DNA of 64,000 nt. It comes from Candidatus Nealsonbacteria bacterium DGGOD1a (GTDB taxonomy: Bacteria; Patescibacteriota; Minisyncoccia; Minisyncoccales; UBA5738). Below are positions 38,538 to 48,077 of the stretch, piece after piece. The position numbers and the translations under genes are program-made. Below the pieces are notes generated by a model, which did no database searches, had not been told where the DNA came from, and saw only the letters and a program-made list of their open reading frames with translations. Positions within the stretch are counted from its first letter, which is position 1. Each line of letters starts with the position of its first letter. The stretch covers positions 819,465 to 883,464 of the forward strand of contig CP092821.1 of the NCBI GenBank assembly GCA_022530585.1, written 5' to 3'.

Positions 38538-38897
38538 TCAACCCCGCAAAATTTCGCAGTTAAAACGCTTTTCTTGAAAATCGATTGCGCGCCGGATTTC
38601 ATCGTCGCCGGGATCATAACCAGCCGCGGCGACCACCAATTTGTCATCATCATCGTCCAAACGATGAATGATCGCAACCGCTTTCCCCTTCGCTTTTGCC
38701 AGCGGTTCATCCGCTCCCAAGAAATACGCGTCCAAATTCTCGCCGTCCGGCGCGATCACGCCCGGAATATAACCGTAATTAACTTCATAAACAAAACCAA
38801 ATTCGGGATGGACGCTCCCCATCGGCCGGTCAACGACAATTTCCACTTCCCTGCCCAAAAATCCTTTCGCAATTTCCAATGATTTTGAATTTCCCAT
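38538..38897 (-). CDS. Short family-I inorganic pyrophosphatase-like protein
   Basis: VDRPMGS.HP, NYGYIPG, DGENLDAY, DDDDKLV. Confidence 0.8.
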   Translation of the reverse strand: MGNSKSLEIAKGFLGREVEIVVDRPMGSVHPEFGFVYEVNYGYIPGVIAPDGENLDAYFLGADEPLAKAKGKAVAIIHRLDDDDDKLVVAAAGYDPGDDEIRRAIDFQEKRFNCEILRG

Positions 38898-39232
38898 TAT
38901 CGATGCATTGCCAGCAATGCAAAATTCATAAAATAACGGTCGAGCGATTCCAAATCGCTGCCGTATACTTTGCCGCCCAGAACCGCGTCGCAAAAAACTT
39001 CATAGGCGCGGCATAGCTCTTTTTTTTGCGAAGCAGTACGGTTCCTGTCCGCGAATGTCAAAAAAAACAATTCTTGGCCGCGAACTACCGCGCCCCAGAA
39101 TTTGGCCGCATCCCTTTCTTTGGCTAACCGGGCGCGGCTGATCTCGCTGCCGATATTCCCGAGTTGCTGCGCGAACGACAATTCAGACCATCGGCCGGCA
39201 GCCAGATTCTTGTGAATGGCTTGCTCGCTCAC
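38897..39232 (-). CDS. Hypothetical helical protein coupled to the DUF5674 gene
   Basis: HKNLAAGRW..LSF.QQLGNIGSEISRA. Confidence 0.65.
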   Translation of the reverse strand: MSEQAIHKNLAAGRWSELSFAQQLGNIGSEISRARLAKERDAAKFWGAVVRGQELFFLTFADRNRTASQKKELCRAYEVFCDAVLGGKVYGSDLESLDRYFMNFALLAMHR

Positions 39233-39576
39233 TTTATTAGTTTATTGATGATTTCTGTTATCTGCTTCTGCGTTTCCAAATTATCAACCGCGCGGCTACG
39301 GTTCCCAAAGGCTGGTTTTAAATTTACCATCGAATCGAATTCTATAAATTCAACTCCCTCTTTTTCCGGATACAAATTGATACCCCAGACATGCTGATGA
39401 TTGGAGCATTCTCTTTCAATCAGTAACTCAAGCTCATCCATGTGCAAATCCCCACCGAGAGCCATTATTCCTTTTTCAACATCCACCGCGGCCTTAACCA
39501 TATCGCCAAAACCCTCTTGGGCGATCTTTTTAAGTTCGAATCTGGTTATCGGGCTTTTGATGATTCTTATTTCCAT
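39229..39576 (-). CDS. DUF5674-family protein
   Basis: MVKAAVDVEKGIMALGGDLH, WGINLYP, IEFDSMVNLKP. Confidence 0.75.
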   Translation of the reverse strand: MEIRIIKSPITRFELKKIAQEGFGDMVKAAVDVEKGIMALGGDLHMDELELLIERECSNHQHVWGINLYPEKEGVEFIEFDSMVNLKPAFGNRSRAVDNLETQKQITEIINKLIK

Positions 39577-39580
39577 GATA

Positions 39581-40021
39581 TTATTTTGACCCATTAATAT
39601 CGCTATCGCAAAAATTTTTCCCGGTTCGGTAGCTCTCCATCGCCAATTTGCATGTTTCGAATACCGGTTGCGGCAAATTTTCGATTTCGTACCAGCCCCA
39701 TGATTCCGATCTTTCCGGTTCCAATACTTTTGGCTCACCGCTTTCCCAATCCGCCAATAATCCTATATGAACATAATGCTTTGGCGCATATTTGATTATG
39801 TTTGCCAAAAATTGGAATCGGATATTTTTAATTTTAATACCGCATTCTTCGCTAATTTCCCTTCTGACGCAATCCTTGAACGATTCCATATATTCCAAGT
39901 GGCCGCCGGGAAAAGCGTATTCTCCTTGGCCATGGGACCCTTTTCTTTTGCCAAGCAACACTTTCCCTTCTTTAAAGATCATTATACCAATGCCAACCTT
40001 AGGTTTGTTTTCTTGTTCCAT
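39581..40021 (-). CDS. NUDIX hydrolase (MutT/NUDT15-like)
   Basis: Nudix box PGGHLEYMESFKDCVRREISEECG. Confidence 0.88.
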   Translation of the reverse strand: MEQENKPKVGIGIMIFKEGKVLLGKRKGSHGQGEYAFPGGHLEYMESFKDCVRREISEECGIKIKNIRFQFLANIIKYAPKHYVHIGLLADWESGEPKVLEPERSESWGWYEIENLPQPVFETCKLAMESYRTGKNFCDSDINGSK

Positions 40022-40065
40022 AATTAAATTGATGATTTTTCGAACATCGGAATTAAAATACAATT

Positions 40066-40194
40066 TGGCGAGGTCGCACCTCGGCGAGTACGCCGAGGAA
40101 CGACCTCAAATGCGAATACGGATTATTTCCCGTAGCACTTTTTGTATTTTTTGCCTGAACCGCACGGACAGGGATTGCCGCGATTGACTTTGTC
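40066..40194 (-). repeat. Diverged duplicate of the secA 3' end (SEC-C coding) plus downstream REP
   Basis: Encodes [23 protein letters not shown]-stop; parallels 40900-41002. Confidence 0.85.
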
Positions 40195-40198
40195 CAAA

Positions 40199-40546
40199 TC
40201 AACCGCCCATATCTTCCAATATAGATTTGATTCGTTTTTTCAACGGCGGCAAATCTTCTTTTATGGTTTTCCAAACTTTTTCGAAATTCAAACCGAAATA
40301 ATCATGTGTTAAAACATCTCTCATGCCACAAATATCTTTCCATGGGATTTCTTTATGATCTTTTTTAAAATCAGCGGCAATATTTTTTGCCGCCTCGCCG
40401 ATAATTTCAATCCTCCTGACCGCCGCGTCTTGCACCGCGCCATTATTGCGAAAATCACCTTTGGACATATCGCCGACATAAAGCTCGATCTTTTGGATAC
40501 ATTCCAATATATCCCCAATAAAAGCTTTTTGGCTTCTTTTTTTCAT
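40199..40546 (-). CDS. HepT/DUF86 HEPN toxin
   Basis: [19 protein letters not shown]-x4-H motif RDVLTH. Confidence 0.9.
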   Translation of the reverse strand: MKKRSQKAFIGDILECIQKIELYVGDMSKGDFRNNGAVQDAAVRRIEIIGEAAKNIAADFKKDHKEIPWKDICGMRDVLTHDYFGLNFEKVWKTIKEDLPPLKKRIKSILEDMGG

Positions 40547-40821
40547 AAAATCGGAATCTGCTCTTTTAGTATGTCGTCTTTTAATAATGGATGCAAAAGA
40601 TGATATTCCACCAGATCAACCTTTTTGCCGATTTTTTCCTCCAAATCAACTTTTAAGCCGCCCATGCCAAATAAAGTCATTTCCTCGGGCAATTCCACCA
40701 ATAAATCGACATCGCTATTCCTTTTTTGTTCGCCGCGGGCGTAAGAACCGAAAATCGCGGCCTTGGTCACACCCCTTGCCTTTAAAATAATTTTTATCTT
40801 TTCAATTATTTTCTTGTTCAT
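40543..40821 (-). CDS. MntA minimal nucleotidyltransferase antitoxin
   Basis: FGSYARGE....SDVDLLV, KVDLV. Confidence 0.9.
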   Translation of the reverse strand: MNKKIIEKIKIILKARGVTKAAIFGSYARGEQKRNSDVDLLVELPEEMTLFGMGGLKVDLEEKIGKKVDLVEYHLLHPLLKDDILKEQIPIL

Positions 40822-40930
40822 ACGCAAAATATAACACAAAAATATAGTTTTATGAAAATAACGCCAACGCGATTTGCCGTTGTCGCATCGCCGATTACGG
40901 CAAGGAACAACCTCAAATGCAAAACACAAA

Positions 40931-43363
40931 TCACTTCCCGCAACACTTTTTGTATTTTTTGCCACTGCCGCACGGACAGGGAGCGTTGCGGTCAACTTTG
41001 CCGTAGCGAGCCGAAGAGTTTTGCGGTTGAGGCCGGGATGCCGCGGCGACCGCGTTTTTATTGATTGTAACATTCAAAAGATTTTGCAGAATGTTGGCTT
41101 CAACCGTGTCCAAGAGATTGCGAAATTGCTTGTTGGCTTCGCTTTTATATTCCACCAGCGGATCCTGCTGGCCATAAGCGCGCAAACGCACCGAATCGCG
41201 CACGCTGTCCATCATCTCCAAATGTTCCTGCCAGAAAAAATCAATTGTTTTGAGCGCGATGAACCGGCCGGCTTGAATCATCGCTTCCTTGCCGTTTTCC
41301 GCCTCCCGTTTGGCGTATTGATCGCCCGCTTGGCCCTTTTCGACCAGCTCCATAATATAATCATGGATTTCTTCGTCGCTTTTCTGCAGAATTTCATCGC
41401 GCTTTTTGTAAATAACCTCGCGATGCTTGTTTAAGACGCTGTCATAATCCAGCAAGTGCTTGCGAATGTCAAAATTGGCGCCTTCAATCTTGGTTTGCGC
41501 CTCTTCGATCCTTTTGGAAACCATGCCCGACTCGATCGGCTGGTCCTCGGGAACTTTTAACATATCCATCAATTTTCTCATCGCCTCGCCCGCGAAAATA
41601 CGCACCAAATCATCCTCGGTGGAAATGAAAAATTGCGTGGTACCCGGATCGCCTTGGCGGCCGGCGCGGCCGCGCAACTGGTTATCAATGCGCCGAGCTT
41701 CATGCCTTTCCGTGCCGACAATCAGCAATCCGCCCGCGTCGCGCACCTTTTGCGCTTCCGCCGCGGACGAAGGGTTGCCGCCCAAAATAATATCCACGCC
41801 GCGGCCCGCCATATTCGTGGCGATCGTCACCGCGCCATAGCGGCCCGCTTGGGCGATGATTTCGCCTTCGCGTTCATGGTTCTTGGCGTTCAGTATCTCG
41901 TGTTTTATTCCTTCCCTTTCCAACAATTTTCCCAGATATTCGTTTTTTTCCACCGACCGGGTGCCCACCAGCATCGGCTGGCCGATTTTATTGCGTTCTT
42001 TTATCTCGGCCACCAACGCTAAAAACTTGCCGCGCTCAGTCTTATATATCCGGTCGGGCAAATCAACGCGCGCCAATTTATTGTTGGTCGGAATCGGCAC
42101 CGAATCAAGCCCGTAAACTTTATCGAATTCTTCGGCGGAAGTTAGAGCCGTACCGGTCATTCCCGCGAGCTTTTTGTATCCTTTGAAAAGATTCTGGAAA
42201 GTGATTGACGCCAGCGTGAGCGACTCGGCCTGAACCTTTACGCCCTCTTTGGCCTCAATGGCCTGATGCAAACCGCCCGACCAGCGGCGGCCCGGCATCA
42301 AGCGGCCGGTAAACTCATCGATAATAATAACTTGGCCGTCCTTAACCACATAATCGCGATCCGATTTATAAAGCGCCTGGGCGCGCAACGCCTGTTCCAA
42401 ATGATGAAGATATTTTATCCCCTTCTCTTCATATATGTTTTCCATACCCATAATCCGCTCCACTTTGGCAATGCCGCTTTCGGTCAAAGTCGCGGCCCGG
42501 TCTTTTTCGTCCACCTTGTAATCGTCTTCGGGTTTCAACTGCGGAATTACGCGCGCGAAATCCTGATACCATTTGGAACTTTCCTCGTCGGGGGCCGAAA
42601 TAATCAGCGGCGTGCGCGCCTCGTCAATCAAAATCGAATCGACTTCATCGACGATGGCGTAGTTAAAACCGCGCTGGACTTTGTCTTCCAAACGATAAGC
42701 CATATTGTCGCGCAGATAATCGAATCCGAATTCGTTATTGGTGCCGTAAGTGATATCGGCCGCGTAAGCTTCCCGGCGCGAGCAAGGCCGCAAAAAATCC
42801 TGCGAAATATGAAATGACCCCAAATTATCCCGCATCGTATCCTCGGTTTCCTGCGCTTTTTTATAATTCGGATCGTATAAGAACGACTGATCGTGATTGA
42901 TGCAACCCGTGGACAATCCCAACGCGGAATAAACTTGGCCCATCCAAACGCAATCGCGCCGCGCCAGATAATCGTTAACCGTAACCAAATGCACCCCCTC
43001 TCCCGACAGCGCGTTCAAATACACCGGCGCGGTCGCGGTCAAGGTTTTGCCTTCGCCGGTTTTCATTTCCGCGATTTTTCCCTGATGCAAAACAATACCG
43101 CCCATCAGCTGAACATCAAAATGCCGCTGGCCCAAATTGCGGCGCGCCGCTTCCCGCGCCAAAGCAAACGCCTCGGGCAGAATATCGTCTAAAACCGCGC
43201 CTTTGGCCAGACGGTCCTTGAACTCCGCGGTTTTGTCTTTGATCCGCTCATCGCTCAACTCCCGGAAATTTTTTTCCAAGCCGTTAATCGCGTCCACCTC
43301 CGGTCGCAGTTTCTTGAAATAATTTTTGTTTTCGTCGCCGAAAATCTTGGTGAGTAAAGACAT
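40931..43363 (-). CDS. secA: Protein translocase subunit SecA
   Basis: [43 protein letters not shown] tail. Confidence 0.98.
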   Translation of the reverse strand: MSLLTKIFGDENKNYFKKLRPEVDAINGLEKNFRELSDERIKDKTAEFKDRLAKGAVLDDILPEAFALAREAARRNLGQRHFDVQLMGGIVLHQGKIAEMKTGEGKTLTATAPVYLNALSGEGVHLVTVNDYLARRDCVWMGQVYSALGLSTGCINHDQSFLYDPNYKKAQETEDTMRDNLGSFHISQDFLRPCSRREAYAADITYGTNNEFGFDYLRDNMAYRLEDKVQRGFNYAIVDEVDSILIDEARTPLIISAPDEESSKWYQDFARVIPQLKPEDDYKVDEKDRAATLTESGIAKVERIMGMENIYEEKGIKYLHHLEQALRAQALYKSDRDYVVKDGQVIIIDEFTGRLMPGRRWSGGLHQAIEAKEGVKVQAESLTLASITFQNLFKGYKKLAGMTGTALTSAEEFDKVYGLDSVPIPTNNKLARVDLPDRIYKTERGKFLALVAEIKERNKIGQPMLVGTRSVEKNEYLGKLLEREGIKHEILNAKNHEREGEIIAQAGRYGAVTIATNMAGRGVDIILGGNPSSAAEAQKVRDAGGLLIVGTERHEARRIDNQLRGRAGRQGDPGTTQFFISTEDDLVRIFAGEAMRKLMDMLKVPEDQPIESGMVSKRIEEAQTKIEGANFDIRKHLLDYDSVLNKHREVIYKKRDEILQKSDEEIHDYIMELVEKGQAGDQYAKREAENGKEAMIQAGRFIALKTIDFFWQEHLEMMDSVRDSVRLRAYGQQDPLVEYKSEANKQFRNLLDTVEANILQNLLNVTINKNAVAAASRPQPQNSSARYGKVDRNAPCPCGSGKKYKKCCGK

Positions 43364-43574
43364 AATTTTCAATTTTCAATTTTCAATTTTTCCGCCAAAG
43401 GACGGATCCGCCTCCGGCGGACATTGAATTTCCAATGAACCAATTTCCAAGCAAAACAACTAAAAAATTGGCAGAAAATTGAATATTTAACTATCTAATT
43501 TTGATCCTCTTAATTGTAGACCAATTTATAAAAAAAGAAAGACCGGCAAGGTTATCACCGGAAAAAATTAAAAA

Positions 43575-43688
43575 TCAATATTTTCTTTTTTTATATTTAC
43601 CTCTGCATATGGGGCAAACTTTCTTGCCCCCAACTTTGGGATGCCCATTTTGGCAAACCCAAATAAACTTCCTTTTACTCATCCTCAT
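43575..43688 (-). CDS. 37-aa zinc-ribbon microprotein (putative)
   Basis: MRMSKRKFIWVCQNGHPKVGGKKVCPICRGKYKKRKY; purine-rich CAGGGGG upstream. Confidence 0.45.
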   Translation of the reverse strand: MRMSKRKFIWVCQNGHPKVGGKKVCPICRGKYKKRKY

Positions 43689-43822
43689 CCCCCTGTTTTT
43701 TTATTAAATGTCTATTCGACCCGGAAGATACACCTTCCGGATACCACTTCTCATCGTCTTGAAGCGGTACCTGATCGCGTCTTAGAAATTCTGTCATTAT
43801 AGACCACTGCCAGTAGACTAAA

Positions 43823-44170
43823 TTATTTCCGCGCTTTGTCAAGCATTTTTTCTTTGAAGTCCGTGATTTGCCTTTGCAAATCGTCACGCACCGCCACGAC
43901 GGCTTTTTCCAGATCGTCGGCGCTTTTGGCCGCGCGCAATTTGTTGCGATGAAAAGTTATCAAAACCTCGGCGCGGCAAATATCGCCCTTGCGATGGTGC
44001 AAAGTTGTGCGGCCCACTTCAACAACCGCCTCGATTTTGGAAACCAGCGACGGATCGTCGACTTCTTGCAGCAAGTCGAAATATTTTTCCAGCGACCCGA
44101 TCTTTTCCTCGACAAACTCGCGCAACGACGGCGTCATTTCGATATTCTTGGTTTTAACGATTATATTCAT
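43823..44170 (-). CDS. raiA: Ribosome hibernation factor (HPF/RaiA)
   Basis: MNIIVKTKNIEMTPSLREFVEEKI...HHRKG...DDL..AV. Confidence 0.85.
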   Translation of the reverse strand: MNIIVKTKNIEMTPSLREFVEEKIGSLEKYFDLLQEVDDPSLVSKIEAVVEVGRTTLHHRKGDICRAEVLITFHRNKLRAAKSADDLEKAVVAVRDDLQRQITDFKEKMLDKARK

Positions 44171-44184
44171 GATTTTATCTGATT

Positions 44185-44320
44185 TCCTTGAATTGCGAAA
44201 CGCTTTGCATTTGGGGTCTAACCCTTGCTGCCTGTCCCGAGTATTCCCGAGGGATAATCGCAAGGGTTAGACCCCTTCAAAGCATTTGAATCCAATGGTT
44301 TCGCAATTCAAAGGAATTTA
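44185..44320. repeat. GGGGTCTAACCC-family element with a nested second REP
   Basis: Inverse copy of 32865-32968 with the GCCTGTCCCGAGTATTCCCGAGGGA insert. Confidence 0.8.
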
Positions 44321-44626
44321 ATAATTCCGCAATTCAAAACGATTTATAAATGATTATACAAATTAAATACAAATTATCAAAACGGATTATTCCGCTTTTT
44401 TATTAAAAATCCGCTTTATTTCGCGGCTTATCGACAACAAAAGAATATTTTAAACAAATATTCTCTTGTTGTTAAGATTGCTTTAATTATTTGTTGGAAA
44501 TCTTTTTCTTGCTTTTCCGATTCTTTATCTTGGTCTCTTTCGAAGGCCGTTGTTTTTTTCTCTTGGGGACTTGAACCATATTTTTAATTAAAGCTTTTTA
44601 TTTCCTCCCGTTCGGCTCAAAGAAAA

Positions 44627-44701
44627 CTATCTCTTCTTTGCAACCTTCTTCTTCGCTTTCGGTTTTGCTTTCGGTTTTGCCTTAGCTTTTTTTGCCGCCA
44701 T
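44627..44701 (-). CDS. 24-aa Lys/Ala/Pro-rich histone-H1-like microprotein
   Basis: MAAKKAKAKPKAKPKAKKKVAKKR-stop. Confidence 0.55.
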   Translation of the reverse strand: MAAKKAKAKPKAKPKAKKKVAKKR

Positions 44702-44986
44702 GGTTTTTAAAATTATTTTAAAATTACTTCTAAAAATTTTCGACCGTTATTTTTTTGCTCGCGAAATTTTTGTTAAAAAAATTTCGCGACAACTGTTATA
44801 TTTATTTTTTCATGTCGCGAAACTTTGTCAAGTGTGGATAACTAATCCACGAAAAAATTAACAAATTTTTTCGTAATTTTCAATTAACAATTTTCAATTT
44901 TCAAAAATACTTTGCTATCTGTTTGAACATTGACAATTGAGACATTCATTAAAAATTGGAATTTGAAAATTGAAAATTAATTTTGT

Positions 44987-45865
44987 TTATAGGATTTCAA
45001 TCTCTTCTTTCATTCCCACGCCGAATTTTTCTTTGGCCGCGGATTTTATTTGCGCGATGATATCTTTGACATTTTGCGCGGTCGCGCCGCCGCGATTCAC
45101 GATAAAATTGGAATGTTTCTCCGAAACTTGCGCGCCGCCGATCAATTTGCCCTTGAATCCGCAGTCATCGATTATTTTTCCGGCAAAAAATCCCGGCGGG
45201 TTGACAAACACCGAACCGGCCGAAGGATATTCCAGCGGTTGAGTGGTCGATTTTTTGGCAAGATATTCATCCATTAACGATTTGATATCTTCTCGATTGC
45301 CTTTTGCCAGCGAAATATCCGCCGCCGCGATCACCAAATTTTTGTCGTGTTTAAATGCGCTTTCACGGTAAGAAAAACCGCACTCCGGCTTCCCAAAAAC
45401 TTTTTCTTTGACGCCTTTCGGCAAAATTTCGATCACCCTCACCTTGCGGACGCATTCGGAAATCTCGCCATGAAACGCGCCCGCGTTGCCCCGGATCGCC
45501 CCGCCCGCGGTTCCCGGTATGCCAACCGCCCATTCCATTCCGGTCAGTGAACGCTCCAGCGCGTAACGCGCGAGCGCGGCCAGCGGCGTACCGGCGCCGA
45601 CGGCAAGCAAAACGCGCGCGCCCTCCTCTTTGACTTCAATCGAATTATTTTCGATTTTTAATACCATGCCCGGATAGCCTTCGTCGGAAAACAAAACATT
45701 GCTGCCGCCGCCCAAAACAAAGAACGGGAATTTGTTTTCCCGCGCCGCTTCCACTCCGGCGATTATTTCGTCCGTATCGCCCGCCGCGAACACCACTCGC
45801 GCCGGTCCGCCGATGCGATAGGTACAGTATTTATCCAACGGCTCGTTTTTTTTGATCGTCGACAT
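44987..45865 (-). CDS. murB: UDP-N-acetylenolpyruvoylglucosamine reductase
   Basis: RIGGPA, GGGSNVL, GIPGTAGGA.RGNAGA, SAGSVF.NP, SEKHSNFIVN. Confidence 0.96.
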   Translation of the reverse strand: MSTIKKNEPLDKYCTYRIGGPARVVFAAGDTDEIIAGVEAARENKFPFFVLGGGSNVLFSDEGYPGMVLKIENNSIEVKEEGARVLLAVGAGTPLAALARYALERSLTGMEWAVGIPGTAGGAIRGNAGAFHGEISECVRKVRVIEILPKGVKEKVFGKPECGFSYRESAFKHDKNLVIAAADISLAKGNREDIKSLMDEYLAKKSTTQPLEYPSAGSVFVNPPGFFAGKIIDDCGFKGKLIGGAQVSEKHSNFIVNRGGATAQNVKDIIAQIKSAAKEKFGVGMKEEIEIL

Positions 45866-45882
45866 AAAAAAGAATCAATATA

Positions 45883-46042
45883 AGAGCGTGGAAAAACTAT
45901 TTTCAGAACGAAATTTTCAGATTTCGAGCGAGAAAAATGAGGAAAGAGAAGGCATACTTGGCTTAAAGTCTGCCGCCGACTGACGAATTTTTCGCAGCCG
46001 AAAGATGGAAATTGCAGTTGAAATATAGTTTTTCTACGCTCT
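45883..46042. repeat. ~160-bp long-hairpin intergenic element (MITE or structured RNA)
   Basis: Ends AGAGCGTGGAAAAACTAT / ATAGTTTTTCTACGCTCT, with further internal pairing. Confidence 0.65.
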
Positions 46043-46054
46043 CAATATATAAAA

Positions 46055-48031
46055 TTATTCGTTTGAACCCGCGGCTCGGGATTGAATCGCGTTTATTTGC
46101 TCCAATATCGTTTTTGACTGGGCATTGTTCGGGTAAAGATCATAGGCCTGCCGGGCCAGGACCGCCGCTTCGTCCGGTTGCGATTGGTAAAGTTTCGTCC
46201 GGGCCAAATCCCAATAACTTTGCTGGTTTTTCGGCGACAGTTTTTGGGCTTTTTCCAGCGCGTCCCAAGCCAGAGTTAATTTTGATTTGTCGAATTTCGA
46301 CCAACTGTTGTAAACCCGTCCCAATTGCAAATATGATTGGAAATCAAGAGGCGATTCCCGGACGCTGTTTTCCAGTTCCCCGGCGATAAATACGAATGTT
46401 TCTTCGATTTGCTTTTGGGTGAGCTTGCCGGGAATTCCTTCGGTTTCCATTGCCTGAATCCATTGGCTGGCAAAAAATAATCTTATTTGGTACCTTCCCA
46501 ATGGCGACGATCCCAGCGCTTCACGATAAAGCTGCATTCTTTGAGGCGATCCCAATATCGAAGAAGCGGCCTGAACGGCGTCATAGCCGGCCATCGCCGG
46601 ACCCAAAACAAAAAAATTAAAACATATGATGCCCGCTCCCGCCGGCGCCAAAACTTGCCACCATTCAAACGACTGCGGCCAAACTTTTTTTTCTTGCGAT
46701 CCAAAACGGTGAAGCCACGCGATGAATCCCAAACACATAAACCACATCAAATAACTCGCCACCATATCAAACACGGTCAGGTTTTGCAAAAAATACGCGC
46801 CAAGAAGCGCCGTGAACACGCCGGCTTGGACAAAATCAATCTTCCCCGCCAAATAGCCCTTCCACAAAATATACAGCGCGGCGGCGAAAACCAAAAGATA
46901 ACTCGCCAGACCGATCACTCCCGTTTCATTCAAGGTGTCAAAAATTATATTATGCGCCCGATCATACCAGATCGCCGATGAACACTCGGGAGTTCCCAAA
47001 CACGGATTGTAATATCGCGCGAACACCAAATTAAAATTTTCCGGCCCCCACCCCAGATAAGGCCGCTCCAAAAATCCCTTCCAGGCGATATCCCAAACCA
47101 CAATCCGCGCGCGGATCGCGCCTTCGCCGAACTTTGAAGCCACCGCCGAATGAATCGCGCTCCCCTGATTGAAAGAAAAAACCACGATAGCCGTTCCGGC
47201 AATTCCCGCGCCGAGCAAAACCAGCAATCCCGCCGCCTTTAACGCGATCTTTTTCCGAGTTGACATCCATAGAATTCCCAAAAAAGCCATTCCCGCCAAA
47301 AACGCAAGTTTAACGCCGCGGGCGCCGCTGTCAATGACATCGCGAATCAAACCGTCGCGCGGATATTGAAAATTGCCGTTGACAAGGCTGTTCCAACTGC
47401 GGGTGTTTTCAAAGAAAAGGCAAAATACCATTATCAAAAATGCCGCGCCGAAAAAAATTTTTAAATTTTTGTTTTCATCGAATTTTTGCGATAAAAACAA
47501 ATACAGCGCGATGAAAATATTGAACAAAAGATAAGCGGCCCAGAAAGAATCGTTACCGATAAACCCGCCGCCGCGCGATGTTTCGCGCAGATCAAAGATC
47601 GCCTGCACTCCGATAACCAGCGCGACTCCGACGCCGGCGCCGAACAACCGCCGCCAATCTCTTTTTTCAAACACCGACGATATAACGATCATAAACGCGG
47701 TTAAATGAGAAAGCATTAAAATCCCGCCCATCCGTTCGAATTTCGACCAAAAACTGGCCGAAAAATCCGCGCCAAAAATCGCGGCGGCGAAAGATACGGC
47801 CCAAAACAACAGCGCGGCGGCGATCAACGGATTTTTTAGATCCGGCCGGTACTCCTTCCATCGCCAAGCGAGAGCAACCCAAATAAAAAACACCATTTCG
47901 GCCAACGCCATAAAATAAATTCCTTTGGGCCCCACAAACGGAAAATAAAAATTCATGTTCTTTATGAATGGCGTCAGCAACAATAAAAATATTCCCGCTT
48001 TTATTGAATTTATAAGATATTTAGGATCCAT
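46055..48031 (-). CDS. O-antigen ligase-like (Wzy_C) membrane protein with a TPR-like C-terminus
   Basis: R..VW..AW.GF.ERP.LGWGPENF, DRAHN, many TM helices. Confidence 0.85.
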   Translation of the reverse strand: MDPKYLINSIKAGIFLLLLTPFIKNMNFYFPFVGPKGIYFMALAEMVFFIWVALAWRWKEYRPDLKNPLIAAALLFWAVSFAAAIFGADFSASFWSKFERMGGILMLSHLTAFMIVISSVFEKRDWRRLFGAGVGVALVIGVQAIFDLRETSRGGGFIGNDSFWAAYLLFNIFIALYLFLSQKFDENKNLKIFFGAAFLIMVFCLFFENTRSWNSLVNGNFQYPRDGLIRDVIDSGARGVKLAFLAGMAFLGILWMSTRKKIALKAAGLLVLLGAGIAGTAIVVFSFNQGSAIHSAVASKFGEGAIRARIVVWDIAWKGFLERPYLGWGPENFNLVFARYYNPCLGTPECSSAIWYDRAHNIIFDTLNETGVIGLASYLLVFAAALYILWKGYLAGKIDFVQAGVFTALLGAYFLQNLTVFDMVASYLMWFMCLGFIAWLHRFGSQEKKVWPQSFEWWQVLAPAGAGIICFNFFVLGPAMAGYDAVQAASSILGSPQRMQLYREALGSSPLGRYQIRLFFASQWIQAMETEGIPGKLTQKQIEETFVFIAGELENSVRESPLDFQSYLQLGRVYNSWSKFDKSKLTLAWDALEKAQKLSPKNQQSYWDLARTKLYQSQPDEAAVLARQAYDLYPNNAQSKTILEQINAIQSRAAGSNE

Positions 48032-48077
48032 TTTGGTATGAAATTATAAAAATTACGCGGCCTCTTTAAAAAACAAA

